64,000 nucleotides of DNA, taken from positions 467-64,466 of the forward strand of contig JAAOMT010000419.1 of assembly GCA_016748015.1 (NCBI GenBank), written 5' to 3'. The notes under the pieces are model-generated. The model ran no database searches. It was not told where the DNA came from and was given only the letters and a program-made list of their open reading frames with translations. Shown piece by piece: positions 50,673-62,700 of this stretch (positions are counted from its first letter, which is position 1; the number at the start of each line of letters is the position of its first letter). The translations under genes and the position numbers were made by a program. The DNA is from Geosiphon pyriformis uo1. Taxonomy: Eukaryota; Fungi; Glomeromycota.

Positions 50673-52501
50673 TGGGAAAGGGAATGGAGTACCACATTAC
50701 TGCCAGAACCAAAAGAGTCCAACTTATTCATTATTGTTTTAATTGAATTCTCTAGAACCAACAGGCTAGTCTCCAGGCCACTTACTTTCACAGTTAAAAC
50801 TCAGGAACTACTTAGAGAAATGTCTTGAGCAATGGCAGTAACCACACCAAACACAAGAGGAATGAATAACAGAGTGTCAACAGCCATATCCAGCACAGGG
50901 TTATGCTCGGAAGTGGGCAAAACAACAAAACTTGCCAATGAAACTGCCAACAACCTGTCCAACTTACGTGAAATATTGGCTACCTGGTCAAACACATTCT
51001 CAAACAAATGCTTAAGGACACTAACACACAAAGCTAGAATTGCAACCTTAGGCGTCAAACCACTGACTGGTCTTATGTTCATATTGGTTTTAATGAACAG
51101 TATAGAAGACAAATTTTTTTTTTTAGGAGAGCTGCTCACCACAGAAGCCCAAGTTGCATCATCAAAGGAGACAGGATGAGACACGGGAGTTTGTTTTTTG
51201 GCATAGATGAGCACAAGATGTCTTTTATCCAAATTGGAACAAAAAAATCTTTTTTTAAAACCCAGTCCAAAGGTTTTCTCACCACTGCTGCATCCAGAAG
51301 AAACATGACCAAAGTTACCACATGCAGTGCATTTAGGAGATGACAAACCAGCTCAGATGAGGTTGATACTCTTAAACACCAGCATAGAGCAAATGGCAGC
51401 CTCTCTGGCTTCTTCAGAGTTAAAGCATATGACAGCATATCAGGCTCATGCGTAAGATACCGAATTCCTAGAAATACAGCAAGTCTTCTTACCATATAAT
51501 TGGACCAGATTTGAAAGATCGTGGGCAGTTGTGCCCATTGGCAGAGTGTATAGGAGAGTGCAATAGCTGTCTCTTAAATCTCACATTTGTTTGTCGGCAT
51601 TGGCTTTGGCAACCTGCACCAAGTTCTTACCCAGCAAGATTAACCATTTGGATGCAACCAGATCAGCAATCTGAGAACTCTCAAACTCCACAAGTGCTTT
51701 CTGCCAAAGACCAATCAGCTGCATTTTGATTGAAAAAATTTTTCCATACTTGACCAAAGCTGACTCAATTGCCAATTTGGGCAGATTAACTGGAATTTCC
51801 TTGATAATGATTTCCCAATTTGATCATATGCTGATCTTCTTTAGATCAGCATTGACAACAAAATTCTCAGACACAGCCAACTGTTTAGCCAAAGTGAGAC
51901 TGGATTCAGACATGAAAGATGTCTTAACAATACCTAGAAATTTTGATGGAATCGATGCACCCCCAAAACCATTAATTTTGTAAAACAGCTCTCTGACACC
52001 TTTGAGTTTGTCATGCAAAGTATTTCCAGGAATGGCCAACAAACCAATGTCGAGTGTGAAAAATTTAGTTGGTTCGAAGCAAAGTCTTTCTTTGACAGAA
52101 GTAACTAAACAAAAAGAGGATTCCAAAAGAACAGGAGAGGGTAAGTCCATGTCGACGTTATTAATGGCAGAGCCAAAGTCACAGGACCCCAAAGATAGAA
52201 CCTTCACCATATCAGAGTTGAAGCATTTAGTCTTTGGGGTGTTGGTATGAGAATCCAGTGGCCTATCACTCTCACTGCCAGCACCATAGCCTAAGTCTTT
52301 GCCCAACTCGTGTCCCAACTTTTCTTCAGAAGAGGTATCTATGTTTTCATACTGGCTGGGCTTGTTTATAGATAATTTGAAAGATAAATTAGCTTTGTTG
52401 CCTGAGTATTTGACTTTACCAAGCAAAACTTTTGATTTTTGCCTCAGATTACTACTCATAGAACTTATAGCGGCATCTCTGGCTGATTTTTTTGTAAACA
52501 T
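50669..52501 (-). pseudogene. LINE-B ORF1 (RRM-like region, Zn knuckle, coiled coil)
   Basis: KYGKIFSIKMQLIGLWQKALVEF; CTACGNFGHVSSGC; heptads LKHLFENVFDQVANISRKLDRL; start approximate. Confidence 0.8.
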
Positions 52502-52679
52502 AATGTTGACAGTGTCAGACACCAAAGGGACAACAAAAGGATTGGTGAGTTGAAAAATTGTGAAAACCAAGCAAAAGTAAAAGATGAAAACAGATAAAAA
52601 AACAAAAACTTCTTCAAAAATGTGCTATTTTAGGAATTTGGGACATAGGAGAGAAAGAAGTTTTTCCCTATTATGTTTA

Positions 52680-54830
52680 ATTTAAAAAAATTTATTAATA
52701 ATTAATTTATTTGTTTTATTAAATAACCAACTAAAATAAAACATTTGTATTTTAATTGCTTATTTTTTTGTAATATTTAATATAATAATCATATTTATTC
52801 AGATATATTATTCAATAAAAAAATATTTTGTGATCTAATTTTTTTTATTTTTTAATTAAATTAAAGTTTAATAATTAGTGTAATATTAAATCATTTTTTT
52901 ATTAAATATTTGGTTAATAAACAGTAAACTATATTATTGTTAAGCATTTTTAGTAATTTGTAATTTTTTTTAGCTTTTTAAAAAGTTTTATTATTACAAA
53001 CTATATGTTTTTTTCTTATTTTTTTAAAATAAAATAACACTAAAAAAACATCAGAAATATTAATGTACAAGATAAATGGCTTATTAAAGTTGGGTTGTTT
53101 TAAAATAAATTTAGTAGTTATTTTTTTTAAAGATTTTAAAGCTTTTTGTTAAGAAATATTTTAATAATAATTAATATTTTTTTATAAAAACCAATTAAAC
53201 AAATATGGAATTTTAAAAAGATTTTTGATAAATTTTTGATAATAGAAGACTAGTCATTTGGGAATATTTATTAATTATTAAAGCTTTTATACTTTTTTTA
53301 TTTTGGCTGAATCTAAAAAAATTTTATATTTTATTATAAAATACCAATTTTTTTTAGTAATTATTCATTAATATAAAACAAATTAAAAGCAAATATTAAT
53401 ATAATTAACTATTATTAAAAATAATTATAATCTGGTAAAAAGCTTTAAACAACAAAAAAAAATTAATAAATAAAAAATAGCATATTTATTAACTTATTAA
53501 AAAAGCAAAAAACAATATTAAATTCTATTAATTATAATTTAATAATATAAAATAAAATAAAATAAATATTTATATTAATAATTCTTGTATTAATATTTAT
53601 AATATTATTACAAATATCTTTAAAAATTAAAAAAAATTAAAATATATAATATATAAGTAAATTATTTAAATCTTTTAATATAAAAACTTTTAACTAAGAT
53701 ATTATATAAAATATTAAATATTATAATTTTCTATTCAAATAAAATACCAATAATATTTAACATTTTTTGTAATATATAATTTACAAAAAATAAAGTATTA
53801 TTAATAATCTATTGTTAAAATAACAGAATTAAAATATATTAAAACAAATTATTTTTTATTTATTCAAATATTTTATTAAAAAACCTAAAATTGTGTTCTA
53901 ATTAAATATATGTTAATTTTTTATATTCATAAATACATTAATTATATTTTAAAAAAAAATTTAGATTTAAGTAAATAAAATTTCTGCAAAAATATACAAA
54001 AAAAACTTTTTTATTAATTATTAAAGAGACTAAAACCAATACTTAATTACAAACTTTACTAAAAACACCAAAAAAATATATTACAATATTTCTGTAAAAA
54101 ATTACAAGTAAATTTCTTAATAAATTTATTATATTATTATATCCTAAAAAATATAATTTAAATTTTATTAAAAACTGTATTATTCTTTAAACCAATAAAG
54201 TTTTATTATATTTTTTAAAAAATACAAATTTTTTTTTGATAAATTTAATTTATAATTATTAATTTTATTATTATTAAAATCGTTTTTATTACTGTTGAAT
54301 TTCAACATAATTAATTAAAAGCAAAAATAATAAGAAAAAAATATAAAATACAAGACAAATTAAAAAGCAATTTAGTTTTAAATCTAATTATTCCAAAAAT
54401 AATTAGACAATTCAAAAATCTAATTCTTATTATATTAGCAATTTTTTGTTTTAATCTTAATAATAATATATATAATATCATACTTATATAATATTAAATA
54501 TAAAAAGTTTTCTAAAAAAAATTATAGTATAAATAGATTATTAAAGCTAAAAAAATAATTGTTATTAATAATTAAAATATAACAAAAATCATTTAAGTTT
54601 TGTCTTTTTTTTTAATAAAAATTATTATTGATTTTGCTATTTTTAAAATAGTTTTTTTTTGTTTATTTGTGTTTTTTTACTTTTAATTATAATTATTTTG
54701 TTGATAATAATTTTTAAGTCATTGTTTTTATATTATTATTAGAATTTAACTTAATTTTATTAATATAATATTTTTTAGAAAATATTAAAGACTAATATTT
54801 TAATTTAAGTTGTTAAGCAATTACTATTTG
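52680..54830. other. Extremely AT-rich decayed repeat, unidentifiable
   Basis: Almost no G/C and no ORFs; same composition as 22000-28740. Confidence 0.5.
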
Positions 54831-54832
54831 GC

Positions 54833-56267
54833 TTTTTTTTTTTTTATTATTATTTAACGAGTGAGGTCCAAACACTACCTAGTATAATACATCATACTAG
54901 TGATCTAAACTAGGCGTGAATCATGCTTTTTCTACACATGACCAGCCACTCAGACTAGTCAGAACAACACTAGGCATCTATACGCACCGAGACCAAGTTA
55001 CCTACATCTGAAAAGAATAAACTAGATTTACGAAACCCAAAACTAATACCAAGTGCATCAGCAATACTCAACAATTTAACCACACCAGACGAGAGCACTA
55101 AAGGAAAACCAGAAACTGAGATAGGAATGGAGCCATCACACAGGATCAAGCCACCTTTCTCCATAACAGCTTTGTGTTTTGCACATACCAGCCAAATATC
55201 ATCATGGAATACAAGACTAAATTCGCAAACAAATGCCACAATATTTTGAGCCACTGTTTTAGAGTCCTTGAAAACAGAAAGAAATTCATGATACCACTCA
55301 TTGAAAACAAAGCCCTTACATATAGCCGTACTAACAACAGCATCAGAAGTGCAAGCAGAAAGCAACTGTAAAACACATAAAGTTGAGTGAGATAAACCTG
55401 AGCATGTTTCCCAAACAGATGCATGAGCGTTCATCAACCAAGCACAATCACCAGTATTGAATGGGCATAAAAACACATGATCTGAAATTTCAACATTGCC
55501 ACAGAACAAACACATCACATTGGGGTACCCCTTATTATAAAGTTGCTTTCGCACAGCAACAGGAAGACAATAATGCAACGCCTTCATAAAATATGTCCGA
55601 GATCCAGCAGTATGAGCATTAGTGAAACCAGTGGCCAAATGAGAGTCTGGATGCCACACCGAACATGACCTGAACCAATCAACATCAGCACGTAGGCTGT
55701 CTACCAATACCCAAGAACCAGAACCAACCTCTCAATATGCATGATGAATAGAGTAGAAAACACCATGAACAAAATGCCTAGAATTACCAGAAACCACAGT
55801 ACCGCCAGCCTTAAGAAAATGTTCATCGATTCTGTAAGGAAGATGCACACCAGAAGATGCAGCAGCCCTAGCCAAAGTGTCAGCATGTTTATTGCCCAAG
55901 ACTCCAGAGTGACCTCTAACTTTAATCCAATTAACATCCAAATTTTTGCAACAAATGACATTAGAAATATGGCAGCGTTTGACCCAACACTGATTCCTGA
56001 AATCTGGATGCTCCAACAATAACTCTGACCTGCATCCATCCAAAGTGGTCTGGCTGTCTGAAAACAGATTAACTGAACGAGAAGGAGGGACACACTTGAG
56101 AGCCAAAGCAATGGCCTGCAGCTCTGTCATGGTAGAAGAAACCAAACCAGAAACTTCCACACCCAAACCCAAATCAATGTCCTCAAAAAAACCAGCAGTG
56201 CCAGCCCTCATACCAAGAGTACCCAGCCCACACAGAGAATTATCCGTAAACAGAGAAAGGTGATCAG
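54833..56267 (-). mobile_element. LINE-C 3' part (RNase H, CCHC, 3' UTR, poly(A)), interrupted by Gypsy-2
   Basis: LFTDNS, ELQAIALAL, FSDSQ, KVRGHSGVLGNKHAD, CLFCGNVEISDHVFLC; poly(T) on + strand from 54833. Confidence 0.9.
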
Positions 56268-57243
56268 TATTACCAGAGGTTTTTGGTCTCTTTTCTGTAA
56301 TGTTGTTGATACTTATTTGCTGTGAATTCATGTTTTCTGGATGTGGTTGAACCTCCAATAACTGAATTTATCTTCAAATTATCTCCTATAATTTGAACTG
56401 CTGGGCTTATAAGTGGAATGGCCAATTCTTTGCCAGTTACTTTATGTAGTTACATTGTAGTAAACGACAACTCTTTCCCAGGAATTGTTCATCTGGAAGC
56501 TCACTAAAAATGTGTAGTTACTTTGCTGTGAAAGTCAACTCTTCTACAGGAATCTTGTCTATAGGCTATCTTAATGATTGTAATAAGAAAAGAAAAGGAA
56601 AATAAAAAAAATGTAAAAGAAATAGAATTTTGTCAAAACGTTTTCTATCCAGGCCTGGAGTCACTAACAGTTTACTGAAATTGGTAGCTAATCAATTTCG
56701 AAATGTTAGTTGGGTTTTGGGGATTTTCTAAGTACAATAACTAAGGAATTTGGTTTTTTGAATTATTTGATATTTATTTCTTTTTTGTGTGTATAGGAAC
56801 AGTTTTAAGAGATAAATCTAAAGTAAGATACATTTTCTCGAAGAGAGAAGCTTTTCTTTTATACAACTTGTTGTAACACTATTCTATGAACTTGAACTTT
56901 GCTATTTTCTACAATTTCACTGAACTAAAGATACATTTCGGCGAACTACAAGTTATTTCGGCAAACTATTAAATATTTCGGTGAACTATCAATTATTTCG
57001 GCAAATTTCTACAAATTTCAGCGAACTTCTGAATGTTATATAGTTTGGGGTATTGCATGATTGATCATCGCAATTAGGTTACATTTGTGTTGTGTGCAAT
57101 TTGAGTTATTAATTAAATGATAATTTCGGACATTTTTGCTAATGTAATAAGTGATCATTTGAAATGATAATATATGCTAATTAATGATAGGAATTATAAG
57201 ATAATTTCATGCTAAATAATATCTCTAATTTCATCTGGTAACA
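56268..57243 (-). repeat. Gypsy-2 3' LTR (976 bp)
   Basis: Starts TGTTACCAGA after the PPT and ends TCTGGTAATA (10-bp terminal inverted repeat, one transition); LINE-C coding sequence resumes at 56267. Confidence 0.88.
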
Positions 57244-57254
57244 TAACCTCCTCC

Positions 57255-58222
57255 TCAAGACTGAGCTCCGTCGAAGTCCAAGTACTGTCTGTTATTTCCA
57301 GATAATAATTCAAAATTATTGAAGAAATTTGGTCTGAAAATTGTTGAAATTTCAGTTCTGTGAGCTTTCCAATATATTGAATCTTCAAAAGTTGAAAAAT
57401 TGGGTTTTGCAGTATGTTTTCACAGGTGTGGAATAGGTTATAAAGTCTAAAAGCAGCTCTGAGCTTGTAGCGACTGTTTGTTGGTCCAGCTGTTGTTTTG
57501 AATTCGTTGTGGAGTTGTTTTTAGATAGCTTTTTTTGTGAAGTTTGCTGTTGTAAGTTCCAGTTTCCATTTGTAGAGTGTTTTTTCAATGTAGAAATATC
57601 TATAGATTGAAGGATATTCAGTGTTTTCCTCCTTGAGACACAATTGAAGTCTTTGTTGACTTGTAGCATTTGGTGGAATACTAATTGGAGTGAGCATTAG
57701 GTTTTCTCTTAAAGCAAGCTTTAAAAGTTCTGGCAGGTGAATTTCAGTGTAACTTCTTGTGTTTTTCTTATACGGTTGATATTTTTGTGAATTTGGGGCT
57801 ACATTTGTAACTACTTCTGTTTGGGTATAATTAATGTGGTTTCTAGTAACAGTAATGGATAATTCGGATATTGTTTTTAAAGCTAACATTAGTTTTTGGG
57901 ATAATTGTTGAATGTTTTNNNNNNNNNNNNNNNNNNNNAGTCTTTGTTGACTTGTAGCATTTGGTGGAATACTAATTGGAGTGAGCATTAGGTTTTCTCT
58001 TAAAGCAAGCTTTAAAAGTTCTGGCAGGTGAATTTCAGTGTAACTTCTTGTGTTTTTCTTATACGGTTGATATTTTTGTGAATTTGGGGCTACATTTGTA
58101 ACTACTTCTGTTTGGGTATAATTAATGTGGTTTCTAGTAACAGTAATGGATAATTCGGATATTGTTTTTAAAGCTAACATTAGTTTTTGGGATAATTGTT
58201 GAATGTTTTGAGGAATAGTCAT
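57255..58222 (-). pseudogene. Gypsy-2 ORF3 (unknown function), containing an artefactual 271-bp duplication
   Basis: MTIPQNIQQLSQKLMLAL...RAAFRLYNLF...YIGKLTELKFQQF; LDFDGAQS* in an adjacent frame. Confidence 0.6.
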
Positions 58223-58339
58223 TATAAGCAATTGAAAAAACTAAAAAATTATTTTTGGCATATGGGTTTTTATGTTATTTTTGTTTTGTTTTTGTGAGAT
58301 TGTTTTCTAAATTATAAGAGAATAACTAGTAAAATTAAA

Positions 58340-59725
58340 TTAAGTGTTCAGATTGGAAGGTTGTTCAATAACAACTATTGGTTCTAAGTTTCGAGAAATA
58401 TCTTTGAGACTGACCAAAGAGGAATGTGTACCAATTTGTGGAATTAATGGTTCAGGATTGTTTCTGGAATGATAGTGTTTTAAATAATCTCCATGTGCAA
58501 CTTTTGCTAGGATTTTGTCATCAAGTCTTAGCTTGTATGATCTGTTGCCTAAAACTTCATGAATAAAGAATGGTCCATCCCATTTATTTTCAAATTTTCC
58601 ACTCCATTGTTTTTCAGCTTTAGTTCTGTGTAAAAAAACTTTGTTTCCAATTTTAAATTCATTAGTGACTGAAGGCAATTTGTTATCATGTTGTTCTTTT
58701 TGTTGAGCTTGGGAGTGTTCAATATGAGTGGCTGCTATTCGTCATTTTTTTTTCAATGTGCTAAGCAGAGTGTAGGCTCTTCACTGAAGCGTTTCTTGGA
58801 AATTGTTTTCATCAATCGGTTGTGCTGAGTATGTTTCTACTGTGAAACTAATTGGTAACATTGCCATTCTTCCATAAGTTAAATCAAATGGTATGTGTTT
58901 CATGATATCTTGTTTTAATGTCCTATATGCTAGTAACACTGATGGAATAAAGAGATCTCATTCTTGCTTGAAATCGGTTGAGACTTTGGCTAATGACTCA
59001 CACAATGTTTTGTTAAAACGTTCCACAAGTCTGTTTGTTTGTGGATGGTAGAGCAAAGACAAAGGTCTTTTGACATTGAATCGTTTGCAAATTTTTTGTA
59101 TCAGATTGTTCACAAATTGTGTTCCCTGATCGGATAAAAGTTCAATTGGACATTCGTGTCTACAAATAATGTCTTCGTAGATGAAATTTGCTACTGATTT
59201 CGCATCTGCTCGTTAAATGGCTCTGACTTCAGGCCATTTAGTAAGATAGTCTACAGCTACTGCAATATAACAGTTTCCTTGAGTGGTAATAGATAGTGGT
59301 CTGACTAAATCGATACCAACTCTGTCAAAAGACTGTCCAACTTTGATTGGATTTAAAGATTCTGTAGGGCAAGTTCCTCCTCTTCTTTGACAACTATCAC
59401 AAGATTCGACATATTTGTGAATGTCTTTTCTCATTTGAGGCCAAAAGTAGTATTCTAGTGTTTTTTGAGTGGTGATATCTTTTCCGAAGTGTGCTGATGA
59501 AGGATCCAAATGCATGTTGTATAAAATGGTCTCTTTTTCCAGTTCTTGTATTAATCTGAGTGGTTTGGTTGGGTTTTTGAAATTTCGATGATAGATAATG
59601 TTGTTGTGTAGAAAATATTGTTTGGCTTGTTGTTGTAACTGATGTTTTTCATCTGGGGACCAATCTGTTGGGATTGTTAATGTCTCCAAATATTGTTTGA
59701 GATTGTTGTAGTTTTCGGAGTTCAT
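58340..59725 (-). pseudogene. Gypsy-2 integrase, separate ORF
   Basis: Starts MNSENYNNLKQY; HLDPSSAHF...CDSCQ, VGIDLV, SDQG, VERFNKTL, WDGPF. Confidence 0.9.
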
Positions 59726-59774
59726 TGTTTGTTGTTTTGATGCTGTTAATTTAAATGGGTGTTGGTTTTGTTTT

Positions 59775-62700
59775 CTAATCTTGCCTCATTTGTGAAAGAC
59801 AATCAATGTTGGTGTGGAGTTTTTCTAGTTTGTGGTGTACAATGTATTGGTAATTAGCTAAAAATCCTGTCCATCAGGTTTGTTTTGCGTTCAGCTGGGT
59901 GTTTTTGTTTTGAAGCCATTTAAGTCCAATATTATCAATGATAATATCGAATTCTTTGGGTCTGAGGTAAAAGTTGAAGTGATGTAGGGTCCAGATTACT
60001 GTTGCGGTTTCTAATTCTGTTATGGGATAGTTCTTTTCGGCTGGCTTTAATGTTCTACTAGCATAAGCAATTACTCACTCATTTCCATTGTTATCTAACT
60101 GTGATAAGATGGCACCAAAGACAGTATAAGAGGCGTCAGTTGCTAACTGGAATCAGTTGCTGAAATCTGGGTAGGCGAGAATTGGAGCTGTTGTGAGTTT
60201 TTCCTTAAGTATCTTAAAGGCATTTTGGTGTTCTTCTGTCCATTTGTATTTGATATTTTTAGTAGTGAGCTGGTTGAGGGGTTTTGCAATTTCTGAGAAT
60301 CCTTTGATGAATTTTTGGTAATAGGATGCTAATCCAATAAATCCTCTTAATTCTGTGGTATTTTGTGGAGTCTTGAAGTTCTTGACAGTATTGATTTTTC
60401 TGGGGTCTGGTTTAATTCCATCTTTGCTAACAATGTGACCAAGAAAAGCTAAACTTGTTTTTCTAAAGTAGCATTTTTCAATGTTCAGTTTCAATCCTGC
60501 TTTTCATAATCGTTGAAAAACTTCTCGCAGGTGAATTAAATATAGCTCGAAAGATGGTGAATAAACATCAGTGTCATCAAGATAAACTACTACTGATTTC
60601 CAAAGGAGGCCTTTGTAAACAACATCCATGAGTCTTTGGAATGTTGCTGGTGTATTGCATAATCCGAAAGGCATTACATTGAACTTGTAATTTCCTCCTT
60701 GAGTGGTGAATGCTGTTTTGGGGTGGTCTTTGGGATTCATAGCAACTTGCCAGTATTCACTCTCTAAATCTAATGTCGAAAAGTATTTGGACTTTCCAAG
60801 AGCATCCAATATGTCATCAATTCGGAGAAGAGGGTAGGCATCCCCAATGGTGACATTGTTGAGTTGTTGGTAATTAACACAAAATCGTATTTTTCCATTT
60901 TTCTTTTTAACTAGAACCACAAGTAAGGCCCATGGGCTCATTGATGGTTGAATAAACCCATTGTTAAGCATCCATTGTACTTTTTCTTGGATAAATTGGT
61001 GACTTTCTGGAGCAACTTGGTAGGCTTGTTGTTGTCTGGGTTTGGCATCTCCTATATAGATTTGGTGTTGAACCAAATCAGTTCTTCCTAAGTCATTGTT
61101 GTTTTCGGCGAAGATATCAGCAAATTTTGCAATTAGTTCTTTGAGCTGGATCTGTTGTTGTAGTTCAAGTTGTCCCATGTTGATTCGAGATAGTTTTTCT
61201 ATGACAACATGGTAGTTTTCAGAGCTAGGGTTTGGGTTGATTTTTGGTAGTGAATGTTCAATAATTTCAGGAAAATCGGGGACTGTTTGGGGTAATTTTT
61301 GTTGAAATATATTACTGTAAATAACTCCAATTTCTAAATTATTTAATAAAATTATGGGGTAATTATTGGGGTTGTAAAAAGTAACTCGGACTTTCTTTGT
61401 TCCTTCTAGAATATAAATGTTTGGGATTGAAATATTATGTTCCAAGCAGACTTGTTCATTGGACTCAAAAATTTGTTGTGTGGTTGTTGGCTTTGTGCAA
61501 GTGTAGATTTCTGGATGTTCTCCAAAGGGTGAGATGGTAATCAGTTGTGGAAGTCTGAAAATCTGGTGGAATTTGTTCTGTATGTTAAGAGCTATATTAA
61601 TTGGAACTGTGAATCGTCCAGTTGAACCAAAACCTTGAGTTCCTCTATTGCTCTTTCCTAATTGCTCTTTTTGATTGACTAGTTGCAAACCTGAAATGTT
61701 GATTAGGGGTAGGTAGATAGCTTGGGCAATTTTTTTAGCATGTTCAATCTTGAATGGTTTGTCAGTTTCATTTTGAAGCATCACTGTTATGTCTCCAATA
61801 TATCCAGCATCGATTATTCCTCCTCTGACATTGATTTTCTTGCTTGCCAGAGAGGACTGGGAGGCAATTTGAACTATTGCTCCTGGTGGAATTTTGAGTG
61901 CAATTTTGAGGTTAATTTTTGTGAGAGATTTGGGTTTGAGAACAAGAGTATCCTTGTCTGGATATCTTAGATCATATCCAGCATCAATTTCGTGTGCTTT
62001 TTCAGGTTTTATTCCTTGTCCGTTGTTGTTGAAGTATTTAAGTTGTAAGGCAGGCTGATTTTCAATAAGGTAGATGGATGTTGTTTCAATTTCTTCTGTT
62101 TCTTCAGGTTCTCCAAATTCAATTTTATTCTCATCATTTTCGCTGGGCAAAGAAATACTAAGAGCATAACATTCAGAACATCATTGTTCATCACAAGGCA
62201 TAATGCATTCTTCACATAGCCTAATGTTCATTTGCTCTAATCATTAAATTTAAGCTTCTTGGGTCGGGTAGATGTGACTTGCAATTTGGTGATAGACTTC
62301 TATTTCATCTTTGTAATCGAATCCAGCTAATTCCATAGTGTATTCAATGTATTCTGCTTCTTTCATTTGACAAACATCTTCTTTGGTAGCTCCATTAATT
62401 AATGCCATTGCTAAGTCGAAAATCATCTCAGCATCATGAGAGTAGTGATAAAGTTTGTTGAGAGCACTGTTGTATGCTGCATTAAAGGGTGTTCCTCTTT
62501 TTACTTTTTCTGAAATTGATAAAGCATATTGGCAGGTCTGATCGCAGACGCCTCCTCTTATTGCTACATTAATCCAATTGCATTCTTCCGGTAGTATATC
62601 TCCACAAGTTAAACAAGGGGTGTTGTTCCATTTTCCGCTCCTTTTTATTAGATGGCCCCATCACTCTCTGTGGTAAGCCTTACAGTAATAACAAGTATGA

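Larger units (their letters stand above)
45856..52667 (-). mobile_element. LINE-B: full-length APE-RT-RNase H LINE
   Basis: Poly(A) 45856-45870; TSD CTATTATG(TTT) at 45848 and 52668; two ORFs. Confidence 0.92.

Noticed and set aside
55732-56358. 208-aa ORF as a novel RNase H fusion gene
   Set aside because: Chance read-through from the Gypsy-2 LTR end into LINE-C ORF2 at 56268/56267
56935-57030. CRISPR-like repeat-spacer array
   Set aside because: Repeats ~14 bp with ~6-bp spacers, inside a eukaryotic LTR, no cas genes
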